A stretch of 64,000 bases of DNA, taken from the NCBI GenBank assembly GCA_045561295.1, contig JBJKYD010000009.1, positions 164,115-228,114 on the forward strand, in the 5' to 3' direction. This document shows positions 10,435 to 21,627 of the stretch, piece after piece. Every line of letters starts with the position of its first letter. The stretch's first letter is position 1. The notes under the pieces were generated by a model that saw nothing but the letters and a program-made list of their open reading frames with translations, ran no database searches and was not told the origin of the DNA. The position numbers and the translations under genes are program-made. This DNA is from Gammaproteobacteria bacterium. Lineage in GTDB: Bacteria > Pseudomonadota > Gammaproteobacteria > GCA-002705445 > GCA-002716945.

Positions 10435-11066
10435 GTTAATTTTTCTGACCAGTTGATAAAGTTTGATAAGAGCTGTAAGCCATGTTTGGAACTTTTTTCA
10501 GGGTGGAATTGGCAAGCAAAAATATTATCTTTAAGAATGGCAGATGTAAAATTTATCTCGTAATCAGAATCTGAAAGTATATTAGTTTCAGTAGTTGCCT
10601 TCGCATAATAACTATGAACAAAATAAAAAAAAGATTTATCGGGAATGTTTTCCCAAAGAATATGATTATATTTTTGGTTTACTTTATTCCAACCCATATG
10701 TGGAACTTTCATATCTTTTTTTATAGTGCTTCTAAAATCTTTCACATCTCCAGTTATTAAAGAAAAACAATCAACGCCATCATTCTCAAATGATTTTTCA
10801 AAAAGAATTTGAAACCCAAGGCATATTCCCAGAAAGGGCTTATTCATAATGTGTGTTTTAAGATTTGGAAAGTCAGACGCAAGTTTTTCTATACATGAAT
10901 TAGCTGCACCCTGCCCAGGAAGAACAAGTAATGATGCATCTTCAATGTCCCTTGAAGAATATGCTATAGAAAGATTATAATTTTTATTAATGACTTTTTT
11001 TAATGATTTTAAAACACTATGGAGATTACTCATCCCATAATCTATAACAGCAATATTTTTCATCAA
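10431..11066 (-). CDS. hisH: IGP synthase glutaminase subunit
   Basis: DYGMSNL, LGICLG, PHMGWN, QFHPEKS motifs. Confidence 0.95.
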   Translation of the reverse strand: MMKNIAVIDYGMSNLHSVLKSLKKVINKNYNLSIAYSSRDIEDASLLVLPGQGAANSCIEKLASDFPNLKTHIMNKPFLGICLGFQILFEKSFENDGVDCFSLITGDVKDFRSTIKKDMKVPHMGWNKVNQKYNHILWENIPDKSFFYFVHSYYAKATTETNILSDSDYEINFTSAILKDNIFACQFHPEKSSKHGLQLLSNFINWSEKLT

Positions 11067-11650
11067 AGAAATTCTTTAGTCGACGGTATCTTATTTATAT
11101 TTTGTTTGTCAAAAGAGATGGCCATCTTTAAAGCTTTACCGAATGCTTTGAATATTGTCTCCGCTATATGGTGAGCATTCTTTCCTCTAATATTATCAAT
11201 ATGAATAGTAGCTTTAGCATGATTACTAAAGCCATGAAAAAATTCACTCAAAAGTTCAACATCAAATTCTCCTACTCTTGCTCTTGGGTAGGTTGCATTA
11301 TATATAAGACCTGGTCGACCTGAAAAATCTATAACAACTCGTGACAAAGCTTCATCAAGAGGGATATAAGCATAGCCAAATCTATGAATTCCTTTCTTAT
11401 CACCAAGAGCCTTATCGAATGCAGCACCCAGTGTAATTCCAATATCTTCTACAGTATGATGAGCATCTATTTCAAGATCACCTTTTGCATTTAAGTCAAG
11501 ATCTATTGAGGAATAACGAGTAGTTTGATCAAGCATGTGTTCCAAAAAAGGTAAATTTGCAGAGAGATTGCTATTACCTGAGCCATCAAGGTTTAAAGAA
11601 AGGGTAATGTCTGTTTCCTTAGTTTTTCTACTTTCCTGAATTTTTCTCAT
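11063..11650 (-). CDS. hisB: imidazoleglycerol-phosphate dehydratase (monofunctional)
   Basis: [20 protein letters not shown] motifs. Confidence 0.96.
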   Translation of the reverse strand: MRKIQESRKTKETDITLSLNLDGSGNSNLSANLPFLEHMLDQTTRYSSIDLDLNAKGDLEIDAHHTVEDIGITLGAAFDKALGDKKGIHRFGYAYIPLDEALSRVVIDFSGRPGLIYNATYPRARVGEFDVELLSEFFHGFSNHAKATIHIDNIRGKNAHHIAETIFKAFGKALKMAISFDKQNINKIPSTKEFL

Positions 11651-11666
11651 GTCATATATTAATATA

Positions 11667-12443
11667 TTATTGATTACTTAGCCATTTCTTTACAAAAGTT
11701 ATAACTCTCTCGCTATTATCTGTATGATAATGATCTGATGATTTTATTTTAATCTGTTGTGATTTAGCACTTGTTTCTTTTATAAGTTGCTTTCTTTTAT
11801 TCGCATTTTTCAAAACTAAATTAAAATCATTTTCACCAAATAAATCTAGTATTGGAACTTGTATCTTACCATAAGGATATTCGTAAATAAGTTTTTCTCC
11901 TTTATCTACAGCCCCACTTCCAATTAAAACTAAGGAACTTATATTGTTAGTAAAGTTTTTATTTTGTATAAATGACATCAGCATATGCACGCCACAGCTG
12001 TGTGCAATTATTATTACTTTATTATTTTTTTTATATATATGTTCAAGTGCAGATAATATTCTTTCGTCTGAATCATAAAATATTTTTGTATATTCTAAAT
12101 ATGTAGATTGTTTTTTTAATACTGGCAATTGAAGGCTATATGTGTTGTAAAGATTACTCAATGTGACTCTTACAGGGTATGCCAAATTTTGTTCATTAGG
12201 GCTTAACCCCCTCCCGTGTAAAAATAATACTGCAGTGTTATGATCCTCATTATATACTTCTAACATTGAATATTTCCCGAACTTGTAATCTATATAAAGA
12301 TGTTTTCCATCAAATATCTCACTTAAGCTTTGTTCATATATCATTGACTCTCTAGATTTATCTGGAATATATATATGAGTGCAATGAACAATAAATGGAA
12401 TTATCAGAAAAAATGTTATGATTCTAAACAACAAGTTCATCAA
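11667..12443 (-). CDS. exported alpha/beta hydrolase (DUF3530-like)
   Basis: N-terminal hydrophobic signal, LFLHGRG, AHSCG elbow, [10 protein letters not shown], late His. Confidence 0.65.
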   Translation of the reverse strand: MMNLLFRIITFFLIIPFIVHCTHIYIPDKSRESMIYEQSLSEIFDGKHLYIDYKFGKYSMLEVYNEDHNTAVLFLHGRGLSPNEQNLAYPVRVTLSNLYNTYSLQLPVLKKQSTYLEYTKIFYDSDERILSALEHIYKKNNKVIIIAHSCGVHMLMSFIQNKNFTNNISSLVLIGSGAVDKGEKLIYEYPYGKIQVPILDLFGENDFNLVLKNANKRKQLIKETSAKSQQIKIKSSDHYHTDNSERVITFVKKWLSNQ

Positions 12444-13362
12444 ATATACTCAATATTTCTTTACTAATTGTCGGCTCTAAAAGTGAGTGCCCAGCGTCCT
12501 CAGCAACGATTAGTCTAGACTTTGGATAAACCTGATTAAGATCATATGCCTGTCTAATAGGACATACAACGTCATACTGACCATGGACGATTGTACATGG
12601 TATTCCTAAAATTTTATCTATATTTTTTATAATTTGATTCTCTTCAATAAAGCAGTCATTGACAAAGAAATGAGACTCGATTCTAGCAAGTGATACTGAG
12701 CACTCATCAAATGCATCAACCACATTGCGAGTGGGATATAAACAAGAGGATCTACCTTCCCATAATGACCATTCTTTACAAGCCTTGTTGGCAAGTTTTT
12801 CATCATCAGAAAATATCATTTTGTGATACTCAGATAGAATATCATCTGTCATAGCTTTATCTACTATAGAGATATAATTTTCCCAGTACGCAGGATATAT
12901 CTCAGAGGCGCCATATTGATAAAACCATTGGATATCATTTTTTCTGCACAGAAACACACCTCTTAATACCAAGGAGATAACTCTCTCCGGATATGTTTCA
13001 GCATAAAGTAGTGCTAGTGTTGATCCCCACGAGCCACCATAAATATAAAACTTTTCAATACTTAGATAGTCTGAGATTGAGTTTATGTCAGCTATTAGAT
13101 GATTAGTTGAATTTTCTGAAACCTCTCCATAAGGTGTGGACTTCCCACAGCCTCTTTGGTCGAACATTATTAAGTGATACTTTTCAGGATTGAAATATTT
13201 TTGGTAAATTGGAGATGTTCCCGCTCCTGGTCCTCCATGTAAAAAAATTAATGGTGCGCCATTTTTATTTCCATATTCTTCAATATAGATCTCATGGATA
13301 TCGCTAACTTTAATTCGATGAGTATCAAAAGGTTTATTAATATTATAAAAATTCATATACAA
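12424..13362 (-). CDS. pip: prolyl aminopeptidase
   Basis: LHGGPG, FDQRGCGKS, GGSWGSTL, DVVCP, AGHS motifs. Confidence 0.93.
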   Translation of the reverse strand: MYMNFYNINKPFDTHRIKVSDIHEIYIEEYGNKNGAPLIFLHGGPGAGTSPIYQKYFNPEKYHLIMFDQRGCGKSTPYGEVSENSTNHLIADINSISDYLSIEKFYIYGGSWGSTLALLYAETYPERVISLVLRGVFLCRKNDIQWFYQYGASEIYPAYWENYISIVDKAMTDDILSEYHKMIFSDDEKLANKACKEWSLWEGRSSCLYPTRNVVDAFDECSVSLARIESHFFVNDCFIEENQIIKNIDKILGIPCTIVHGQYDVVCPIRQAYDLNQVYPKSRLIVAEDAGHSLLEPTISKEILSIFDELVV

Positions 13363-14337
13363 TTATATCTTATAAATATCACTTCCATCAGGTCTGTTCT
13401 TATAAATTCTAAGTGTCCACATGTATTGCATTTTATTAATCATAATTTGTTTTTCTAGTACAGAATTTATCTTAGCACAATCATCCTGAAGATTGTCTGA
13501 TGGAAAATTTTCAAGTTCAGGAAATACTTGAAAATGATACTTCTGCTTTTTTATGTCATAAGTGCATGTACATGGCAGAACTCTAGATTTTGTAATTTTT
13601 GCAAGTTTACTAACAGACTTGAGTGCAGTTTTTTGAGTATCAAAAAAATTAGAAAACAGTGAATCTTCCATACTTATATCCTCGTCTGCAAGCAAATAAA
13701 ATACACTAGGTTTTCTCATATTTTTAATAATAGTTTTCATACGAATCTTGTCACGAGGATAGATCACAACTTTATCAGTATCTTTACTTCTTGATCTACC
13801 AATGAACCAATTCAATAGCTCATTTTTAAAAGGTTTATACATACTTAATAAGTCATACTTAGATAATGCTCGACCACCAAAATCTAATGATAACGTGTGA
13901 GGTGCTAATAAAATTATACTCTGATCTTTCTGTAAATTGTCGTCTATTAAGTTTAAACCTTTTTTGTCAATCAATTTTTGTAGTGCCCTATCACTCTTCC
14001 ACCAAAGTAAAGGTAAATTAATGTACATATGCCCAAGGTTTCTAAAAAATAATTTAGATAACTTAGTTCGATCTTCTTGACTTAACTCGTCAAATGTTAG
14101 CTTCATATTTATCTCAACAATATCTTTTTTTGATTTACCAAAATTATATAAAACCTTACCTATTAGTTCACCAAGTAGGGCTCTTAGATATTTTGGTAAG
14201 TATGCAACTAGAAAACTTAGGCCAAGAAAACTCCATGTGAGCCAATATCTTGGATAAAAATATTTGTATTCAAAAATCTCTCCATTAACTTCTGATTCAC
14301 CAAACGGATTATTTTTTGATATAAAAGGTTTTGACAT
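13363..14337 (-). CDS. lipid A late acyltransferase (LpxL/LpxP family)
   Basis: PRYWLTW N-terminus, HxxxxD (HTLSLD), QYMWTLRIYKNRP. Confidence 0.88.
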   Translation of the reverse strand: MSKPFISKNNPFGESEVNGEIFEYKYFYPRYWLTWSFLGLSFLVAYLPKYLRALLGELIGKVLYNFGKSKKDIVEINMKLTFDELSQEDRTKLSKLFFRNLGHMYINLPLLWWKSDRALQKLIDKKGLNLIDDNLQKDQSIILLAPHTLSLDFGGRALSKYDLLSMYKPFKNELLNWFIGRSRSKDTDKVVIYPRDKIRMKTIIKNMRKPSVFYLLADEDISMEDSLFSNFFDTQKTALKSVSKLAKITKSRVLPCTCTYDIKKQKYHFQVFPELENFPSDNLQDDCAKINSVLEKQIMINKMQYMWTLRIYKNRPDGSDIYKI

Positions 14338-14341
14338 CTAT

Positions 14342-15781
14342 TTAGTATTTCCAAAAATATTTTGTTATTAAGATAATAAATGTATAAATCTCAAGCCTTC
14401 CTATAATCATCATCAATGAAAGTAACGATTTAGAAAAATCATTGAGAGATGCATAGTTCCCATAAGCTTCTCCAAGAGCTGGACCGAGATTATTTATACA
14501 TGCGGCAGTTGTTGAAAAGGATGTGATCAAATCATGTCCTGACATCATAATTAGTAACGACGATATAAAGAAAATAACAATATATAGGATTATGAATGAC
14601 AAAATAGTCTCAATAGTTACATCTTCTACTTTTTTATCATTAACTTTTATAGATATCTGAGCTTTGGGATGTATTACTTTTAATAACTGTTTTTTTATAG
14701 ACTTTAGAGCAATAGTTATTCTTATAACTTTCATTCCTCCACCAGCTGATCCTGCACATGCACCTATAAAACTTGATAAAAATATCAGAGTAATAATAAA
14801 CGTAGGCCATATGTTATACTCTGAAACAGTGAAACCTGATGTAGTTACAAAAGACAACACATGGAAGATTAAATCTATATTGTTAATTGACGATAATCTC
14901 CCTCCTATTGAAAAAAGGAACACCAGAATAAGGAGGCCCATAATTATAACTATAAATGTTTTAGCTTCAGAATTAGAAAAATAATTATCAAAAGATTTTG
15001 TTTTATAGAATAAAAAATGTAGAACAAAATTTAATGCTGATAAAAACATGAATACCATACATATTATTTTTATATAATCACTTGAGTAGTATCCTATGCT
15101 TTCATTGTGTGTAGAAAAGCCACCTATAGACACTGTAGAGAAGCTATGCCCAATAGCATCAAAAAAATTCATACCTGCGAGTTTATAAAATATCATACAT
15201 ATGATTGTTAATATAAGGTAAACACCCCATAAACTTTTGGCGGTTTCTTTAATTCTTGGAGATAATTTATTATCTTTGATAGGTGATGATGTTTCAGCTT
15301 TATATAAATACATCCCTCCTACACCTAAGATGGGTAATATAGCTAAAACGAGAACAACTATCCCAATACCTCCTAGCCACTGGAGCAATTGACGGTAAAG
15401 GAGAAGTGGTCTACTCAATTCTTCAATATTTGTTATAACAGTGGCACCTGTTGTAGTCCAACCAGAAGTTGATTCAAAAATTGCGTCTATAAAACTAAGA
15501 TTGAGTTGTTTATCTAAAATGAAAGGCACTGAACCAAAGATGCTTAAAACAAACCAAAAAATTGCAACAATAAGAAACCCTTCTTTTATTTTAATTTGTG
15601 ATTTTTCTTTTTTATTAGGAAAATATGTGATTAGCCCAGAAAAAAAAACTATCAAAAAAGATTGTAGAAAATTGTCTACACTAATAGCGTAGTAAAAAGA
15701 TGCAATTAACGGTATTAGTAAGAAAAAACTAAAAATTAATAGGATAATGCCAGTTATTTTAAGTATTTGATAATAGTTCAT
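14342..15781 (-). CDS. trkH: Trk potassium uptake membrane protein
   Basis: FESTSGWTTTG, QWLGGIG, SIGGFST, GSAGGGMK, GRLEI motifs. Confidence 0.95.
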   Translation of the reverse strand: MNYYQILKITGIILLIFSFFLLIPLIASFYYAISVDNFLQSFLIVFFSGLITYFPNKKEKSQIKIKEGFLIVAIFWFVLSIFGSVPFILDKQLNLSFIDAIFESTSGWTTTGATVITNIEELSRPLLLYRQLLQWLGGIGIVVLVLAILPILGVGGMYLYKAETSSPIKDNKLSPRIKETAKSLWGVYLILTIICMIFYKLAGMNFFDAIGHSFSTVSIGGFSTHNESIGYYSSDYIKIICMVFMFLSALNFVLHFLFYKTKSFDNYFSNSEAKTFIVIIMGLLILVFLFSIGGRLSSINNIDLIFHVLSFVTTSGFTVSEYNIWPTFIITLIFLSSFIGACAGSAGGGMKVIRITIALKSIKKQLLKVIHPKAQISIKVNDKKVEDVTIETILSFIILYIVIFFISSLLIMMSGHDLITSFSTTAACINNLGPALGEAYGNYASLNDFSKSLLSLMMIIGRLEIYTFIILITKYFWKY

Positions 15782-17152
15782 TTAGAAAAAGCCAATACTT
15801 ACTTGGAGTAGTTTCGCAAGTTTAGAAAAATCTTTTTTATGAAGTAAATAAATAATTAATCGATCATTACTTTGTATGCTTACATCTTCATTTAATAGAA
15901 TGACTTTTCCTTCCCTGTAGATTGCACCTATTCTGCAACCTGATGGTAATTCTAATTCTGATACTTTTTTGCCAACAACTTTTGATGTTTTATTATCACC
16001 ATGAATAATAATTTCTAATAATTCTGCTTCTCCGAAACCTAGAGAATGTACTTTAACAACATCACTTGTTCTTACAGAAGCTAAAATAGAGCCAATAGTT
16101 ACATCCTCAGGAGAGACAACAACATCAATTTCTTTAGATACAAGTTTTCTATATGAGAGCTTATTGATGATTGCTATTGATTTTTTTGCTCCTAGATCTT
16201 TAGCCAGTTTTGCAGACAAAATATTCATCTGATCATCATTTGTAACGCTACAGAAATAGTCTACTTCTTCAATCCCCTCATTATCTAATAAGGACTCATC
16301 TGAAATATCGTCATTCAAAACAACTGTGTCTTCTAAAGACTCTGATAAATATTTTGATCTGATTAAGTCTTTTTCTATAATTTTCGTGGAAAATTTTTGC
16401 GAAAGTTTATCAGCTAATGTCATTCCAACAATTCCTCCTCCTGCAATCATAATATTCTCTATGCGAGACTGATTTTTACTCAATTCACTCATAAATCTCA
16501 TATTTTCTTCTGTTGCAAGGAAAAATAAATCATCGCCTGTTTCAATAACAGTAGTTCCATTCACGGGTAGTATTTTTCTATCTCTATATAATGCAATTAC
16601 ATTTACATCTACATTTGGTAGGTGTTTTTTAAATTCTGATAACTTTCGACCGGCTAGCGGGCCATCTTTTAAAACTGTAGCTCCTATAACTTGAAGCTTT
16701 CCGTCAGCAAAATCATATGCTTGGAATGCGCCTGGGTGTTCGATTATATTTTTTATAAAATCTGTAACTAACTGACTTGGGCTAATTATAGAATTAATGG
16801 AAAATAAGTCTAAATCAAATCCAGATGTACTTACTTGAAACTCTGAGTTACGTAATCTTGCTATTACAGTGGGTACATTAAACATCTTCTTAGCTAAGTG
16901 ACAAGAAACTAAATTTACTTCATCGCTTGCCGTTGTTGCGATTAGTATGTCGCAATCGTTTACCTCAGCTTGTTCTAAAACTGATGGTGATGAAGCATTA
17001 CCATGAATAGTTTTTATATCATTATCTTCTTGAAGATCTTCAATGACCGATAGATTTGTGTCGATAAGGGTTATATCATTTCCATCATCGGTAAGAATTT
17101 TTGCTAAAGAGGAACCTACTTGCCCTCCGCCTAATACTGCTATCTTTTTCAT
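15782..17152 (-). CDS. trkA: Trk potassium uptake NAD-binding protein
   Basis: Two RCK domains (GGGQVG; AGGGIVG). Confidence 0.95.
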   Translation of the reverse strand: MKKIAVLGGGQVGSSLAKILTDDGNDITLIDTNLSVIEDLQEDNDIKTIHGNASSPSVLEQAEVNDCDILIATTASDEVNLVSCHLAKKMFNVPTVIARLRNSEFQVSTSGFDLDLFSINSIISPSQLVTDFIKNIIEHPGAFQAYDFADGKLQVIGATVLKDGPLAGRKLSEFKKHLPNVDVNVIALYRDRKILPVNGTTVIETGDDLFFLATEENMRFMSELSKNQSRIENIMIAGGGIVGMTLADKLSQKFSTKIIEKDLIRSKYLSESLEDTVVLNDDISDESLLDNEGIEEVDYFCSVTNDDQMNILSAKLAKDLGAKKSIAIINKLSYRKLVSKEIDVVVSPEDVTIGSILASVRTSDVVKVHSLGFGEAELLEIIIHGDNKTSKVVGKKVSELELPSGCRIGAIYREGKVILLNEDVSIQSNDRLIIYLLHKKDFSKLAKLLQVSIGFF

Positions 17153-17193
17153 AGATGTGTCTGGTCATAATTCTACATCATAAAATATTTAAA

Positions 17194-18153
17194 TTATAAT
17201 GATTTATATGAAATATTAGCGCAATTATTAATAAGAGTTTCTTTAATAGGGTGATTTGAATTATACAAATCTCTACTTGTAATAGTTTTTTTACCTTCAA
17301 GCTGAAGCTTTAAAATAGATAAAAATCCTTCCTTTGCTGCTATTACTAATTCATTTTTATTGAAACTGACTACAGTGCCAGTTGGATATTCGTGTTTTTT
17401 TTCAATACAATTTGCATCAAGTATTTTTATATTATCTCCGAAGAGATTAATGCGTGCCACTGGCCATAAATGGAGCGCTCTTATCATATTAAACATTACT
17501 CTCACATTCATATCCCAATTTAAGAATGCATCTTCCTTTTTTATTTTTTTGGCATAAGTTGGCTTTTCGATTAATGTACTTTGGATATATTCTTTTGCGC
17601 ATATTTTATCGATTGCTTCTGAACAACACTCAACAGCTATGTCAGTTAGATTATCTTGTACCGCAGTACAATTATCTGATTCTTTTATAGTGTACGCTTT
17701 ATTCAATACCAACTTTCCTTCATCCAGTTTTTGATTTATTTCAAAATAAGTTACACCGGTTGTAGTTTCATTATTTATTAATGCATGCTGAATGGGGGCA
17801 GCACCGCGGTATGCAGGCAGTAGTGAGCAGTGAAGGTTCATGATACCGAACCTAGTAGCATCAATAATGGATTGTGGGATTATTTTTCCATAAGCATAGA
17901 CGATACCGAGGTCAGCTTTGATACTTGAAATATCATCCACAACGGGATTACTAAATTGATCAGGCGTAATACATCTTAATCCATTTTTATCACAAAACTC
18001 ATATATTGATGTATGGACTATTTTTCCTCTTCTCGTCTTCTCTGAGCCTTGTGAAATTACTAAAGGTACTTGATGTCCTAAGCTAATAATCTTTTTTAGT
18101 AGTGATACTGAATAATAAGGGCTTCCAAAATAAATTATCTTTAGCTTAGTCAC
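17194..18153 (-). CDS. fmt: methionyl-tRNA formyltransferase
   Basis: NLHCSLLPAYRGAAPIQ; adjacent to def. Confidence 0.95.
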   Translation of the reverse strand: MTKLKIIYFGSPYYSVSLLKKIISLGHQVPLVISQGSEKTRRGKIVHTSIYEFCDKNGLRCITPDQFSNPVVDDISSIKADLGIVYAYGKIIPQSIIDATRFGIMNLHCSLLPAYRGAAPIQHALINNETTTGVTYFEINQKLDEGKLVLNKAYTIKESDNCTAVQDNLTDIAVECCSEAIDKICAKEYIQSTLIEKPTYAKKIKKEDAFLNWDMNVRVMFNMIRALHLWPVARINLFGDNIKILDANCIEKKHEYPTGTVVSFNKNELVIAAKEGFLSILKLQLEGKKTITSRDLYNSNHPIKETLINNCANISYKSL

Positions 18154-18686
18154 TTTATATACGGGTTCTCCGATCTTTTACTCGATTCTGGATTTTGTTT
18201 TTGCTTAATAAGGCCTTTCTCAATCTTTGATCTTTTCATGTCAGATAGATAATCAACAAACAATTTTCCATTAAGATGATCAATCTCGTGTTGAATACAT
18301 ACAGCTAGCAAGTCTGTGGCTTCAGCCTCATACAGCTTACCTTTAATGTCATTAGCTTGGTATTTAATATAATTATATCTATCGACTTTTTCGTAGAATC
18401 CAGGAACAGATAAACAGCCCTCATCAAAAACGATAGGTTCTCTTTTATCCAAGATAACGGGATTAATAAGTATAATCTTTTCATTTCTATCTTTCGAAAC
18501 ATCAATTGTTATCACTCTTGTTATTACATTAATCTGTATTGCTGACAGACCAATACCTTTCTCATGGTACATAGTTTCAAACATATCAGATATTAGTGTT
18601 TTCAACTCATTATTATATTCAGTCTGATCAGGACAAAGTTGTCTTAATCTATTATCTGGGTAGTGCAATATCGTTCTCAAAGTCAT
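18150..18686 (-). CDS. def: peptide deformylase
   Basis: GIGLSA, EGCLS, QHEIDHLNG motifs. Confidence 0.97.
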   Translation of the reverse strand: MTLRTILHYPDNRLRQLCPDQTEYNNELKTLISDMFETMYHEKGIGLSAIQINVITRVITIDVSKDRNEKIILINPVILDKREPIVFDEGCLSVPGFYEKVDRYNYIKYQANDIKGKLYEAEATDLLAVCIQHEIDHLNGKLFVDYLSDMKRSKIEKGLIKQKQNPESSKRSENPYIK

Positions 18687-18766
18687 TTTTTTAACCTAAT
18701 GTCTTGTACTTATTGTTATTTTGATAGTATAAAGTAAAAAAAAGAATAATTAAGCCTAGGTTAGCT

Positions 18767-21082
18767 ATGAAAAACTTAATGATAGTAGAGTCACCAACAA
18801 AGGTTAAGAGTATTGAAAAATTTCTTGGCCCAGATTTTAAAGTCGTTGCATCAGTTGGTCATGTAAGAGATCTTGTTTCTTCTGCAAGAAAGGGGATTGA
18901 TGTAGACAAGGGATTTAAGCCAGTTTGGAAGGTATCGAATAATAAAAAGTCTGTAATTGATGACATCAAAAAATATACGAAGGATGCTGATGTAATATAT
19001 TTTGCGACTGACCCGGATAGAGAGGGTGAAGCAATATCAAAACACTTATATGATATTTTAGAAAAAGCAAAATTCTTAAAAGGTAAAGAGACGCATCGAG
19101 TTGTATTCAATGAAATTACAAAAAATGCTGTTGTAGATGCTTTAAAAAATCCACGAACAATATCTATTAGTCAGTGGGATGCATATTTAGCTAGAAGGAC
19201 TCTTGATTACTTAATGGGCTATGATATTTCTGAATTTTTATGGAAGAAGGTGAGTCGTGATGCAAGAGCGGGAAGAGTTCAAAGTCCAGCATTAAGATTA
19301 ATCGTAGAGCGTGAAATTAAAATAAATGCATTTGATCCACAAGAGTACTGGAATTTGTCTGCAAGCGTTTCAAATAATGATAGAAACATAGAAATAGAAT
19401 TAATAGAAATTAATGGAGAGAAAATAAAAAAAGATAATATTACAAGTATAAATGACTCTAAAAGCGCTGAAGAGATAAAATCAAAAATAGAAAAATATAA
19501 AAATGTAAAAGTATCAAATATAAAAAATGGTCAAAGAAAAACCAAACCTAAGGCCCCATTCACAACTGCATCTTTGCAACAAACCGCTTATACAAGTCTT
19601 GGGCTTTCTGTTAAACAAACCTCTGCAATAGCACAAAGACTCTATCAAGGGATGGATATAGGGAGTGGTCAACCCGTTGGTTTGATAAGTTATATGAGAA
19701 CAGATTCAACAAACTTGTCAAAAGATGCTTTATCCGATATTTCATCATATCTTAAAAAAAATCACCCAACGCTAGCAGAGGATCAAGTAAGAATATACAA
19801 AGGTAAATCAAAAAATGCACAAGAGGCCCATGAGGCAATAAGGCCGACATCTATGTCAAATACACCTAGTGCTGTGAAAAAGTATCTCGAAGAAAATGAT
19901 TATAAGCTATATGATTTAATATGGAAAAGAACATTGGCATCTCAAATGAAAGACTCTATTAGCAAAACAGTATCAATAGACCTATCTATGGAAAATGATT
20001 TCACATTTAAATATTCTGGTTCATATCTAGAGTTTCCTGGATTCAAAGAAGTTTATAGTTTTAGTGATAATGATGAAAAAGAAAAAGAGAATAAAAAAAT
20101 ACTGGAAAGCTTGAAAATAAATGATGAGCTAAATCTTGATAGTGTTAATGCGGAACAAAAATTTACTCAGCCTCCTGCTAGATACAATCAAGCGAGTTTA
20201 ATACAAGCGCTGGAGGAATTAGGTATTGGAAGACCGTCAACATATGTGACTATTATTAATAAAATAATGGAGAGTAATTATGTTGATCCAGAAAAAAGTA
20301 ATTTTCAGCCGACAGCATTAGCTAAGGTTGTCTATGAGACTCTCATAAACCATTTTAGAGATGACTTAGTTGATTATGATTTTACTGCCCGTCTTGAAGA
20401 AGATTTAGATAAAATAGCAAATGGCGAAAAAGAATATATGGAATGTGTTGAAAAAACATATAAACCATTTAAGGAGAATCTTGATGAAAAGATTAAAACT
20501 GTTGATATCTCTGAACAAAGAGAACTCAAAGACTTAGGAATCCATCCAGAAACAAAAAGGCCTGTGACCGTAAGACTAACTAGATATGGGCCAACAATTC
20601 AAATGGGCACAAAAGAAGATGAAGAAAAACCAAAATGGGCAGCATTGACACCTGATCAAAAAAAGAATATTGATTCAATAACGCTTGATGATGCAATTCG
20701 ACTGTTTAAGCTGCCCGAAAAGATTGGGGAATTCGAAAAAGAGGAAATACTTATAAATATTGGTCCATTTGGACCTTATGTTAAATGTGGTAAAACTAAT
20801 GTATCAATGAAGGATATTGATATTTTTTCTCTATCAGAAGCCGAGGCTATTACGCGCATTGAAGAAAAAAGAGAAATTGATGCAAATAGAGAAATTAATA
20901 TATTTGATTCATCAGGAATAAAGGTACTCAATGGAATGTATGGGCCGTATATAACTGACGGCAAGAAAAATGTGCGTATACCAAAAGATGTTGACCCAAA
21001 ATCCCTAGATGAACTTACATGTATTGAAATGATAAAAAATGCACCTAAGAGACGCGCTCGTAGAACACGAGCAAAAAAATGA
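18767..21082 (+). CDS. topA: DNA topoisomerase I
   Basis: IVESPTK, ATDPDREGE, GRVQS, SYMRTD, GIGRPSTY; C-terminal G-[RP]-[YF]-GP-Y repeats. Confidence 0.96.
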   Translation: MKNLMIVESPTKVKSIEKFLGPDFKVVASVGHVRDLVSSARKGIDVDKGFKPVWKVSNNKKSVIDDIKKYTKDADVIYFATDPDREGEAISKHLYDILEKAKFLKGKETHRVVFNEITKNAVVDALKNPRTISISQWDAYLARRTLDYLMGYDISEFLWKKVSRDARAGRVQSPALRLIVEREIKINAFDPQEYWNLSASVSNNDRNIEIELIEINGEKIKKDNITSINDSKSAEEIKSKIEKYKNVKVSNIKNGQRKTKPKAPFTTASLQQTAYTSLGLSVKQTSAIAQRLYQGMDIGSGQPVGLISYMRTDSTNLSKDALSDISSYLKKNHPTLAEDQVRIYKGKSKNAQEAHEAIRPTSMSNTPSAVKKYLEENDYKLYDLIWKRTLASQMKDSISKTVSIDLSMENDFTFKYSGSYLEFPGFKEVYSFSDNDEKEKENKKILESLKINDELNLDSVNAEQKFTQPPARYNQASLIQALEELGIGRPSTYVTIINKIMESNYVDPEKSNFQPTALAKVVYETLINHFRDDLVDYDFTARLEEDLDKIANGEKEYMECVEKTYKPFKENLDEKIKTVDISEQRELKDLGIHPETKRPVTVRLTRYGPTIQMGTKEDEEKPKWAALTPDQKKNIDSITLDDAIRLFKLPEKIGEFEKEEILINIGPFGPYVKCGKTNVSMKDIDIFSLSEAEAITRIEEKREIDANREINIFDSSGIKVLNGMYGPYITDGKKNVRIPKDVDPKSLDELTCIEMIKNAPKRRARRTRAKK

Positions 21083-21624
21083 TACCAAAACTTGATCCTT
21101 TTGCTGCCTCAGAGATTATCAAAAATGGTGGAAATGCAATTTATCCAACTGAAGGCATATATGGAATTGGATGTGATCCATTCAATAAATCAAGTGTAGA
21201 AGATATCTTTAATATTAAAGGTAGAGATTTAACTAAAAACTTTATCATTCTCGCCTCAGATATAAATTATTTAAAAAAGATTATAGATAAAAGTTTATTT
21301 AAAAATAAAGCATTAACTGATGGAAGCTTTACAACATGGGTTGTTCCAATAAATAAAGATTGTCCGCCATGGCTTGAGTCCAATAATAGTATAGCTATAA
21401 GAATTACGAGTCATCCTGTTATAGATGAACTATGTGAAAATTTAAATGGGCCAATTATCTCAACGAGTGCTAATTATTCGAACGAACAATATATTAATGA
21501 TATAACTACTATAGAGAAAATATTTGATGGAAAAATTGACTGTATTGTAAAAGGAAAATTAGGTGATGAGGAAAAATCTTCTACGATTAAGGATATTTTG
21601 ACAAATAAAATTTTAAGACACTAA
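21079..21624 (+). CDS. tsaC: L-threonylcarbamoyladenylate synthase
   Basis: YPTEGIYGIGCDP, IKGR, STSAN motifs. Confidence 0.92.
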   Translation: MIPKLDPFAASEIIKNGGNAIYPTEGIYGIGCDPFNKSSVEDIFNIKGRDLTKNFIILASDINYLKKIIDKSLFKNKALTDGSFTTWVVPINKDCPPWLESNNSIAIRITSHPVIDELCENLNGPIISTSANYSNEQYINDITTIEKIFDGKIDCIVKGKLGDEEKSSTIKDILTNKILRH

Positions 21625-21627
21625 TAA

